From IMG/VR virus record IMGVR_UViG_3300005764_000079, positions 1 through 25,379 of that record: a stretch of 25,379 nt of DNA, one strand, 5' to 3'. The notes under the pieces were generated by a model that was given only the letters and a program-made list of their open reading frames with translations, ran no database searches and was not told the DNA's origin. The position numbers and the translations under genes are program-made. How positions within the stretch are numbered: the stretch's first letter is position 1; each line of letters opens with the position of its first letter. The DNA comes from a virus. Its lineage: Duplodnaviria; Caudoviricetes. This document shows, piece after piece, positions 1 to 7,482 of this stretch.

Positions 1-203
1 GCGATCTGCATCGCCTTCCAGAGCTGGGTCAGGTCTGCGTCACTGGGTGTCAACCCGGTACCAGTGATGCACTGGACTATCTCCCTCATAGGTTCTTCGA
101 ACGCAGCTGCTGGAGGGATCGACCCAGCTCGGCCGATGCTCGGGTCCCCATTGACGTATCCAGCGTTCGGGTCGAGTACGCCGTACGGTGCCTGATATTT
201 CAT
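1..203 (-). CDS. Tail fibre protein, N-terminal baseplate-attachment domain (partial, runs off the window)
   Basis: Not in the ORF track; translated by hand from ATG at 203 (GAGG upstream): MKYQAPYGVLDPNAGYVNGDPSIGRAGSIPPAAAFEEPMREIVQCITGTGLTPSDADLTQLWKAMQI. The GDP..G..G / EI...I...GL.P...DLTQL..A pattern is typical of the N-termini of Mu-type tail fibres, and the gene follows baseplate J. Confidence 0.8.
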   Translation of the reverse strand, partial: MKYQAPYGVLDPNAGYVNGDPSIGRAGSIPPAAAFEEPMREIVQCITGTGLTPSDADLTQLWKAMQI

Positions 204-214
204 GGTGTGATCCC

Positions 215-1294
215 TCAACCGTAAGTGATGGTTCCGAGAATGGGCATGTAACCGGAAGACGGCATCTCGGTGTTCTCATACTGAAGATCGAAGTGGTCGA
301 CGCCTGGAGCCTCGGAGATCGCCTCGGAGACCCACGAGCGATATATCTCCTGACCCGGCTTCGCCCTCTCCAGCAACATGTTGCGGAGGGCCTGCTCTAC
401 GTTCGCCCTCGTCGGAGAGTCATAGGTCTCCATGTTGATGATCTTGAGATTGATCGGGAACCTCAGGGGAGCGACCACGAAGAAGTCCTTCACCGTGACC
501 GGTCTCTGCTGGTCGATCCACTGGATCACCCTGTTGATGTCCTCCTGGAGGGGAAAGCCGTCGTTCTCCTCGGCCCTCAGGTCGTCGCACATGAAGCGGA
601 GCGTGACCGTGCCTATTCCCATCTCCAACGGGTAGCACCAGGCGCGAGTCACGCCCGGCACCTGGAGCGCCCAGTGGACGTAGTCCTCCTGGTCACCTCC
701 CATCGGCGGAGCCTGGATCCGCTCGATCACCCGCATCCTCAACTCCTCGTCGGTCTCCTGGTCGGCGCCGCCGCTGACATCCAGGACGGTGACGATCTGG
801 TCGACTCCAGGAGGAGGGATCGAGAAGGAGAAGGCCGTGTCGAGAGGCACGTTGCCGGCGGCCCCTCCCGTCAGGGCCTGGACCGGGACCTCCGTCGGAC
901 CCGGTCCCAGGGTGATCTGCTGGGTCGTCTGATAGGCGATCGGACCGGAGTAGACCAGCTGGGAGAACATCGGGACGATCGACCCGTTCGTCCCCGTCGC
1001 CAGCACCGTTCCGAAGGCTGGGACGGCCTGCTTCCTCCCCACGGTCCCGTCGGAGTTCACCAGCCAGATGTTCCCGTGGCGATCGAGCCACTCTGTCTCA
1101 GCTGTGTCCGGCATGAGCTGGAGCGCAAGCCAGTCGATGTACTCGAGAGTGAGGAAGCAGAGAGCGCCCTGGGCGTCGCTGAGGACGCGGAGGACGCTGT
1201 TCGGGATCGTCGCGTCGCTCCCCGGCAGCGAGCCGTGGATCATGTCCCTGACCAGGGCGCGAACCTCTCTCAGGGTCGGTGTTTGCCAAGGCAT
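215..1294 (-). CDS. Baseplate J/Mu gp47-family wedge protein (359 aa)
   Basis: Start reassigned to ATG 1294 (TGATG overlap with the gp46 stop): MPWQTPTLREVR. Motifs QLMPDTAETEWLDRHG, GGADQETDEELRMR, PPMGGDQEDYVHWALQVPGVTRAW, GIGTV, QRPVT. Confidence 0.93.
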   Translation of the reverse strand: MPWQTPTLREVRALVRDMIHGSLPGSDATIPNSVLRVLSDAQGALCFLTLEYIDWLALQLMPDTAETEWLDRHGNIWLVNSDGTVGRKQAVPAFGTVLATGTNGSIVPMFSQLVYSGPIAYQTTQQITLGPGPTEVPVQALTGGAAGNVPLDTAFSFSIPPPGVDQIVTVLDVSGGADQETDEELRMRVIERIQAPPMGGDQEDYVHWALQVPGVTRAWCYPLEMGIGTVTLRFMCDDLRAEENDGFPLQEDINRVIQWIDQQRPVTVKDFFVVAPLRFPINLKIINMETYDSPTRANVEQALRNMLLERAKPGQEIYRSWVSEAISEAPGVDHFDLQYENTEMPSSGYMPILGTITYG

Positions 1295-1803
1295 CAGATT
1301 ATCCCCTGCCACAGCAGCTGGTACATCAGGTCGACCGCGTAGAGCGGACCTCGGTAGATCCGAACCCCGACGTCGATCCTCTGCTTGTCGACTCGCACGG
1401 ACAGCACCTCGAACCGACTGGCGATCTTTCGATCGACGAACGGTTGGAGGCTGTCCCTCACGTAGTTCATCAGCCTCGTCTGGGTCGAGCCCCACTGGGC
1501 TTCCGGTGCCTCGATCGCGCTCCGGCTCTCGAGCCAGACCTTGCAGCCGATCGGCCACCCCTTCCAGATGTCATCGGCGTCCATGTCTCCCCACCAGCCT
1601 TGGCGGTCGGAGCTGTCTGGATCCGGCAGGCGATCGTCCTTGCCGGCGAGGGCGTTCGTCCCCAACGCCACGCAGATCGCCGTCGCCAGCGCCTGGCTCT
1701 CGTCGAGTGCTCCCGAGTTGATCACGCGCCAGTCCAGAGTCACCGAGTACTTCGGGAAGATGTTGTTCTGGACGAGGCGGACGTCGGGGACTGTCGAGAT
1801 CAT
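1294..1803 (-). CDS. Mu gp46-family baseplate protein (169 aa)
   Basis: Start ATG 1803 (ATGA overlap with the spike stop). Motifs LATAICVALGT, DRQGWWGD, IGCKVWL, Y...SLQP; lies between spike and baseplate J. Confidence 0.88.
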   Translation of the reverse strand: MISTVPDVRLVQNNIFPKYSVTLDWRVINSGALDESQALATAICVALGTNALAGKDDRLPDPDSSDRQGWWGDMDADDIWKGWPIGCKVWLESRSAIEAPEAQWGSTQTRLMNYVRDSLQPFVDRKIASRFEVLSVRVDKQRIDVGVRIYRGPLYAVDLMYQLLWQGII

Positions 1804-2675
1804 GCGTACTTCCCCTTCGTGTTCACGCACGGACCGGACAGGGTGATCACGTAGTCGAAGGTGCCCTTGCCGGCCTCGGCGCCGAGGTACACGTGCTTGT
1901 CGGACCCCTGGCAGTGGACGTAGGTCTTCTTGTCGTCGAGGTCGAGGTGGACGTTCTTGCCTCCGGAGGTCGTCTTGTCCTTCGTCACGTCCACGAAGCG
2001 ATAGGACTCCTGGCCCTTCTTGTAGATCGCCTTCTGGCCCTGGTTGCTTCCCTGTCCTTCTTGTCCACCTGCACTGCCGCCGCCTCCTCCTCCTCCATCA
2101 CCGTCCCTCGATGAAACTCTGTCCCAATTCCAACCTGGATCTCGCATATCCGGCATGAGATCGAAGAACGTGAGAGTGCCCGCTGGACCGGTTCCTCTTT
2201 GTCCACCCTGCTGTCCCCCCTGCTGCTGCTGACCACTGTCCTGATCTATCAACTGCATCCGCACGGTCTTGTCTCGAGGACCAGTGTGGAACAATCCATC
2301 CTTGTTCAAGTGACTCTGAAGGAAGTCGGTCGCCTGCCTGAATATGGCAGTGTCGCCCTTCTCCAATCCCCAGAGGCGATGCCTGCGATCGTCCATGTTC
2401 TGAAGAACCGGAAATGACTGGTTTCCTCCCATGTATTGAACGAAACTCTCAGCGCAGCTCAGTATCTTTCCCATTCCGTCCTTGATCGCGTCAGTCACGA
2501 CGCTGGTGAAGCCATAGTTCTGAGGGGCCTCTATCGCCTTGCGAGCCTCGTTCTTGAGGAAGTTCCCCATGCTCTCCTGCATGAACTTGGAGTCGTCGAC
2601 CTCCGGGATGGTCGCGCGAGACCCTCCGGCGGAGAAGCCTCGGAGGGACGAGTGGTGAGGTGTTGCTCGGTGCAT
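1800..2675 (-). CDS. Mu gp45-like baseplate spike/assembly protein (291 aa)
   Basis: VDDSKFMQ, QNYGFTS, GGN.S.P, DDRRHR..GL..GD.A motifs of the Mu gp45 N-terminal region; TGATG coupling to the hub gene. Confidence 0.85.
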   Translation of the reverse strand: MHRATPHHSSLRGFSAGGSRATIPEVDDSKFMQESMGNFLKNEARKAIEAPQNYGFTSVVTDAIKDGMGKILSCAESFVQYMGGNQSFPVLQNMDDRRHRLWGLEKGDTAIFRQATDFLQSHLNKDGLFHTGPRDKTVRMQLIDQDSGQQQQGGQQGGQRGTGPAGTLTFFDLMPDMRDPGWNWDRVSSRDGDGGGGGGGSAGGQEGQGSNQGQKAIYKKGQESYRFVDVTKDKTTSGGKNVHLDLDDKKTYVHCQGSDKHVYLGAEAGKGTFDYVITLSGPCVNTKGKYA

Positions 2676-3898
2676 CAGTGAGGCTCCACATTTCCGTTCG
2701 GGTTATTCTGGGGCGGCAGCTGGGTCGTGTCGACCGGCCCCGGATTCATCTGGGTGTTGTCCTTCAGAGCCCAGGGCAACTTCAGTTCGAGGGTCGTCTC
2801 CGTTCCGCTGTTGTTGTCCTGGGTGAAGGTCACTGTCTGGATCTTCATCATCATGTTGAGCGGGCACATGGGCGAGTAGACGAAGACGTTGTCCCCCGGC
2901 CACCAGAGGTTCTCGTCGTCTCTGAACCACCCCTGGACCGTGACCGTGGCTTCGACCTTCGTGCCCTCGTGCCACAGAGCCTCGTTCTTTGCTCGGTCCG
3001 TCATCTCCCCTGGATACTTCACTGGCTGCTCGGCTGGAGTGATCAGGATGCTGTTGAGTATCCCGGTGCCACTCCATCGCCCCTCGATCTCGCTGGCCTT
3101 GGTATAGGCGTTGTCGTTGCTCGCTGCGTGATGGCCGGTCGCGTTGTACTGGGCGTAGACCTCGTCCTTGCGGAACACGCATTGCATCTTCTTGATGTTC
3201 TGACCCTCGATCAGCTGGGTGTTGAGGACGGGTGCTGCATGGTCCCCGATCGCGAGGAAGTTGCCGAAGCTGTCGCTCCCAAGGATGATCCCACGAGGTC
3301 GCGCGATCCTCTCGAGGAAGTCCCAGATGTGCTCTCCCGTCTGGTTCTGGAGCTTGTCGAACGGGATGCTGTTGAGGGCGCCGACTGGGATGATCTTCGT
3401 GGGATAGGGAGAGACGACCTTCTGGGCAACCTGGAGCCACGTCATCCCGTCGAAGCTCCCGCTCTTCGTGTTGACGCTGCTCCTCGCCACCACCGACGTT
3501 ATGCTCTTTCCCTGGAGCTCGACGCCGTGGCGACTGGCGTCGTAGGCCACTTGCCTGATCTCGATCACCCCGTCTACGACGTCGATCCCTCCGAGATTGA
3601 TCTTGACCCTGGCGCCGGGACCGAACTGAGGGGAGACGATCGCCCCCTGGGAGAGACCTCCTGCCTGGCGCTCGACGCTTGTGAAGCGGAAGTGAGCAGC
3701 AGAGTCCGCCCACCTCAGCTGGACGAAGACGCTCTCCCAGTCCTTCCAGTCGATCCCTCCTGCGTCGATCGTCGCCTGCTCGTACGGGATCTGAGAGTTT
3801 TGAGCCCTCTTCGGGACCTCGTACTGGCTCGGGCTCGGCTGAGCAGTGGCCGAAGGAGCCGGAGGCTTCGTCAAGACGTTGTCTGGAAGATCGACCAT
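2675..3898 (-). CDS. Mu gpP/gp44-like baseplate hub protein (407 aa)
   Basis: W..WESV, A..F.FT, G.I, QGKS.T..V..SS, GE..WDFLERIARPRG, L.EG.NI, TVTVQGW....LW.P, GT.T.L.L motifs; canonical position before the spike. Confidence 0.88.
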   Translation of the reverse strand: MVDLPDNVLTKPPAPSATAQPSPSQYEVPKRAQNSQIPYEQATIDAGGIDWKDWESVFVQLRWADSAAHFRFTSVERQAGGLSQGAIVSPQFGPGARVKINLGGIDVVDGVIEIRQVAYDASRHGVELQGKSITSVVARSSVNTKSGSFDGMTWLQVAQKVVSPYPTKIIPVGALNSIPFDKLQNQTGEHIWDFLERIARPRGIILGSDSFGNFLAIGDHAAPVLNTQLIEGQNIKKMQCVFRKDEVYAQYNATGHHAASNDNAYTKASEIEGRWSGTGILNSILITPAEQPVKYPGEMTDRAKNEALWHEGTKVEATVTVQGWFRDDENLWWPGDNVFVYSPMCPLNMMMKIQTVTFTQDNNSGTETTLELKLPWALKDNTQMNPGPVDTTQLPPQNNPNGNVEPH

Positions 3899-3905
3899 TG
3901 AAATT

Positions 3906-4574
3906 TCACCGAGACAGGGCGTACCCGCGAGACTTGCAGAACGCCGGGTGGACCACCTTGTTCTCCTTCCTGATCTCGTCGTATCTGCTGGCGTCTCCGT
4001 AAAGTCTGTGAGATATGATCAGGCTCGGCAGTGAATTACTGAACTGATATATCAACATCATCGGCAGTGGCCTGGCAGTGGAGACGAGATGGTTGACGAT
4101 CGCCGCCCTGAGGCTCGAGATCGCCATGTAGTCAGCTCCACTCATGGTGTCAGCTGCGATCTCCTCCGCCTTGTCAAACGGATCCTTGATCGCGGTGATC
4201 ATCTTGTCGACGTCCTCGCGACTCTCGAACGTCATGGCACCTATGATCAATCCCTCCTGCGCCAGGGCGAGCTGGATGGAGCGATCCCTGACGAGCGTCC
4301 CTCCCAAGGTCCTCGGCTGCTCGGCGTCGAGGTGGACTCGAACCCTCTCCATCCCTATCAGCGTCGCTCCAGCCTGGCGGACCTGGTCAAAACACGCGTC
4401 GAGAGGATACCCGAGCTTGTCGTACTTGAGGAGGTTCTGGGAGTTCGCCATCGCCCAGCCTATCGTGGACTTGGCGATCACTCCCAGCTGCCCTCGATCC
4501 CTGATGCACGACAACAGGTTCGTCAAGAGCCTCTGGACGATGGGATCGGAATCCTCGATGTCCTTCTTTTCCAT
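3906..4574 (-). CDS. C-terminal-half homolog of Mu gpN (gp43) with LysM-like C-terminal motif (222 aa)
   Basis: ATG 4574 overlaps the upstream TGA (GTG 4577 is an alternative start). C-terminal LPSLIISHRLYGDASRYDEIRKENKVVHPAF matches the end of DNA-circularisation-family proteins. Confidence 0.8.
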   Translation of the reverse strand: MEKKDIEDSDPIVQRLLTNLLSCIRDRGQLGVIAKSTIGWAMANSQNLLKYDKLGYPLDACFDQVRQAGATLIGMERVRVHLDAEQPRTLGGTLVRDRSIQLALAQEGLIIGAMTFESREDVDKMITAIKDPFDKAEEIAADTMSGADYMAISSLRAAIVNHLVSTARPLPMMLIYQFSNSLPSLIISHRLYGDASRYDEIRKENKVVHPAFCKSRGYALSR

Positions 4575-5149
4575 CACCCTGGTCCCGGTCCAACTTGGGG
4601 AGTCAGTCCTGGAACTGGCTCAGGACCTGTCAATCCGTCGGCGGCCTGCTTCCTCAGCGTGTCAGCTGCAGTGCCGAGAGCGGCGTTGGTGTTCGCGCTC
4701 ATAGTCAGATACTGGGGCGGAACGCCGTACTCCGTGAACTCTATCTCAAACGCGCAGAAGCCACCGAGCCGCTCCTCCTCGCTGAGCCTGTATCGCATGA
4801 CTACGACCTGCTCGGAGGGGAGGGTCGGGAGGATCAGCGTCCCCGGACCATCCTGCTCGAGCGCGTCCAGCAGTGCCTTTCTCGCGACGCGGTAGTCGAC
4901 GTTGTAGAGCACTCCCGCGTCACCCTCTCTGGTGAAGGGATGGGTGATGCAGAACGCCCTGATCGCGAAGCTCTTGGCCCTCCTCCCCATGTCCTCCGCG
5001 TATGGAAGGTCCTTCTTCGGAAACTCGTGAAGCACGATCCTCCGCCCGTTGTCCCTGGAGTTCGACTCGCAGAAGAACGGAGCACCTCGGAACGACGCGA
5101 CCTGGAGGTCTTCTCGGAACGGAAGCTTGATGTCCTTGATGGTGCTCAT
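4574..5149 (-). CDS. DNA circularisation N-terminal domain protein (Mu gpN/gp43 N-half, 191 aa)
   Basis: ASFRGAPF...GRRIVLHEFPKKDLPYAEDMGRR, LLDALEQDGPGTLILPT, GG.C.F.IEF.E; directly follows the tape measure (ATGA overlap). Confidence 0.9.
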   Translation of the reverse strand: MSTIKDIKLPFREDLQVASFRGAPFFCESNSRDNGRRIVLHEFPKKDLPYAEDMGRRAKSFAIRAFCITHPFTREGDAGVLYNVDYRVARKALLDALEQDGPGTLILPTLPSEQVVVMRYRLSEEERLGGFCAFEIEFTEYGVPPQYLTMSANTNAALGTAADTLRKQAADGLTGPEPVPGLTPQVGPGPG

Positions 5150-7479
5150 CCAGGATTCGCCTCCTCGGCGTGGCTCTCTGACTTCTTCGGCGACTCGATC
5201 TTCGGCCCCGTGGACGCCGGGGTCATCTGGGTCTTCCGCTCGGTCCCAGTCTGACGGAACAGACCGTCGCCTCCAAGGGTGGCGTCGTTCTTGGTGGTGC
5301 CGACATCGACCTGGACAGTTCCAGCAGAATTAACGTTCACCGTCTTGACCGTCCCTCTGTCCACGTCCTTGCGATCATCGCTCAGCTTCGCGGCGTCGTC
5401 GGCGGCCTTGATCTTGCGCTGACGCTCCTCCCTGTAGGCCCTGCCCTTCGGCCCGAACAGGTCTCCGTAACCCTCACCGCTCTTGGGATCGATGTAGACT
5501 GACTTGTTGTAATTAGGATCGCCCCGACTTCCCTGGTCGGTCAATCCTCCTATGACGTCTCTCCCTCCGAGGACTGCGTCTATCGATTTCATGGCGCCGG
5601 GCATGTCGACGCTTTTCAAGTATCGCTCGTTGATCTCCCCTCTTCGCAACGGTCCATAGAACTGCCTGTCTCCTGTCCTCGAGAGATAACTCCTCAGTGT
5701 CAAGTTCGGCTGCCCGTGAGCCCTCAGGTAGTTCACCCTGTTGACCATCGACTCGAAGACATTCCCTCGACGCTCTCCCGCCTCCTCGTGGCTGATGACT
5801 CCACCGATGAAACGTTTCAGCGCGGGGTCCTTCTCGAGCTCCGCCTTGGCCCACGCCCTCTCCTGCTGGACGTACGCGCTGCCGGAAGCTGCCTGACTCT
5901 CGGGAGGTTCTTGACCCAACGTTCCTGACGGCGGCGCTCCTCCGAACCCGGTGGATATTCCACCCGGAGAGTCGCCGAGATTTCCGGCCGATGGACTTCC
6001 CATCATGCTCAGGCCGTGCTTCATCTCAAGGGCGCGATCCTTGTCCTCTTGCGTCGCTGGAGCACCACCCCCTGGTCCGGCTCCTCCGCCTCCGCCTCCG
6101 CCTCCACCTCCACCTCCACCTCCACCTCCACCCCCGCCGCCTCCACCAGGTCCGCCTCCACCTCCACCAGGTCCGCCTCCACCTCCACCACCCCAGCCAC
6201 CTCCCCCTCCTCCACGTCTCATCCCAGGAAGACCACCGAGACCTCTCATGAAGTCTTTGTTGAGATTGAGAAAATCATTGAGCCTCTTCAGCTGATCGGT
6301 GTTCTCTTTCAACGTGTCCCTGTTCTCTCGCCCCTTGTCCTGAGTCTCCCCAATGTCGCTCAAGAAGTGAGCTGCCTCTGTGGCTGGTCCACCCTCTCCT
6401 CCACCGATGTTCTCGATCCCCAACTGTTTCGACAGATCGTATGGTGGAGCAAGTATCTTGTGCTTCGCATACTGCATCGCGAGGTATGGACCAATCCCAG
6501 GAATAGATCCAATGACAACCGTCTTGGCTGCAGTCCCGACCTTCTCCGGAGTCTTGTTCCACAAGTTGTAAATCAACTTGGTCAACTCCAAGATGGCCTC
6601 GAGCGAGTGAACGATCTCTCCGTCTGGACGAAGGGCCGAAGTCTTCACGTCCTCCATGAAGTGATCCCACGTCTCGGCGAGCTCGTTGACGACCCGACGA
6701 TACTCCTTGGTGGAGTTCGTCATCTTGTCCTGGCGATCCTTCTGCTCCTGAGTCGTCGCATTGTACTTCACGACCCACGCCAAGAAGGGTTCTGCCTGCC
6801 ACGCCTTCATGAACTCATTGGCGAAGTGGGTCGCCTCGTCCACCTTGCCTCCGTTCTCCTCCAACCTGGCGTTGTAAATCTTCAGCCTGGTGTCTCTCAA
6901 GATGTTCAATTGAGCTTCAGTGCTGTCGGCGTTCAAGATGGCCTGGACGGACGCCTCCATCGCCTTCGCGTTCCTACCGGCCATGACTATCAATTTGTTG
7001 TGCTCTTCACTTCCTGTCAATCCCATCTTGTAGACACCGTCCTTGAACCTGGCGATCGCGTTGTCAGCCTTGTCTGCTCCAACTCCGACCCTGGCCAGCT
7101 GCTCCTCTATGTTCTTCAGCGTGGCCGGGTGGATGCCGATCATCCTCGCCTTGTTGTTCAGGTCCTGGAGCTTGTCGGAGAACGCCTTCAAACTGGAGAG
7201 AGTGGCCACGACGGCCGTGCCAACCGCCGCGATGCTGGCGCCGACTATCCCGAGTCGGCCGATGAGCCCCAGCAGTGCCTTCTCGCCGCCCTCCGCGACG
7301 TTGCCCATCTCCTTGATCATCCGAGTGATCTCGAAGTGGCCTCGCTTGTACTTCTCCTTGTTGGCCTCTGTGTCTGGTCCGCCGAGTTGCTGGAACTCCT
7401 TTCGCAGGGCGGCCACCGACGCGGACGCGTTGTCCGTCATCGTCACTATGAGTTTTAGTTCTTCCGTTTCCGTCGGCAT
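5146..7479 (-). CDS. Tape-measure-like protein 2 (777 aa) with poly-Gly linker and putative SleB/Hydrolase_2-like domain
   Basis: Position just before gpN; N-terminus L...T.TD.AS.....L typical of myovirus tape measures; ~308-aa helical region; cargo motif ISHEEAGE...VFESMVNRV...P..TL......QF. Confidence 0.8.
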   Translation of the reverse strand: MPTETEELKLIVTMTDNASASVAALRKEFQQLGGPDTEANKEKYKRGHFEITRMIKEMGNVAEGGEKALLGLIGRLGIVGASIAAVGTAVVATLSSLKAFSDKLQDLNNKARMIGIHPATLKNIEEQLARVGVGADKADNAIARFKDGVYKMGLTGSEEHNKLIVMAGRNAKAMEASVQAILNADSTEAQLNILRDTRLKIYNARLEENGGKVDEATHFANEFMKAWQAEPFLAWVVKYNATTQEQKDRQDKMTNSTKEYRRVVNELAETWDHFMEDVKTSALRPDGEIVHSLEAILELTKLIYNLWNKTPEKVGTAAKTVVIGSIPGIGPYLAMQYAKHKILAPPYDLSKQLGIENIGGGEGGPATEAAHFLSDIGETQDKGRENRDTLKENTDQLKRLNDFLNLNKDFMRGLGGLPGMRRGGGGGGWGGGGGGGPGGGGGGPGGGGGGGGGGGGGGGGGGGGGGAGPGGGAPATQEDKDRALEMKHGLSMMGSPSAGNLGDSPGGISTGFGGAPPSGTLGQEPPESQAASGSAYVQQERAWAKAELEKDPALKRFIGGVISHEEAGERRGNVFESMVNRVNYLRAHGQPNLTLRSYLSRTGDRQFYGPLRRGEINERYLKSVDMPGAMKSIDAVLGGRDVIGGLTDQGSRGDPNYNKSVYIDPKSGEGYGDLFGPKGRAYREERQRKIKAADDAAKLSDDRKDVDRGTVKTVNVNSAGTVQVDVGTTKNDATLGGDGLFRQTGTERKTQMTPASTGPKIESPKKSESHAEEANPG
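6068..6213 (-). repeat. GGN-codon simple repeat encoding a poly-Gly linker
   Basis: Tandem CCTCCA/CCTCCG units on the + strand, including a duplicated CCACCAGGTCCGCCTCCACCT. Confidence 0.9.
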
Positions 7480-7482
7480 GTC

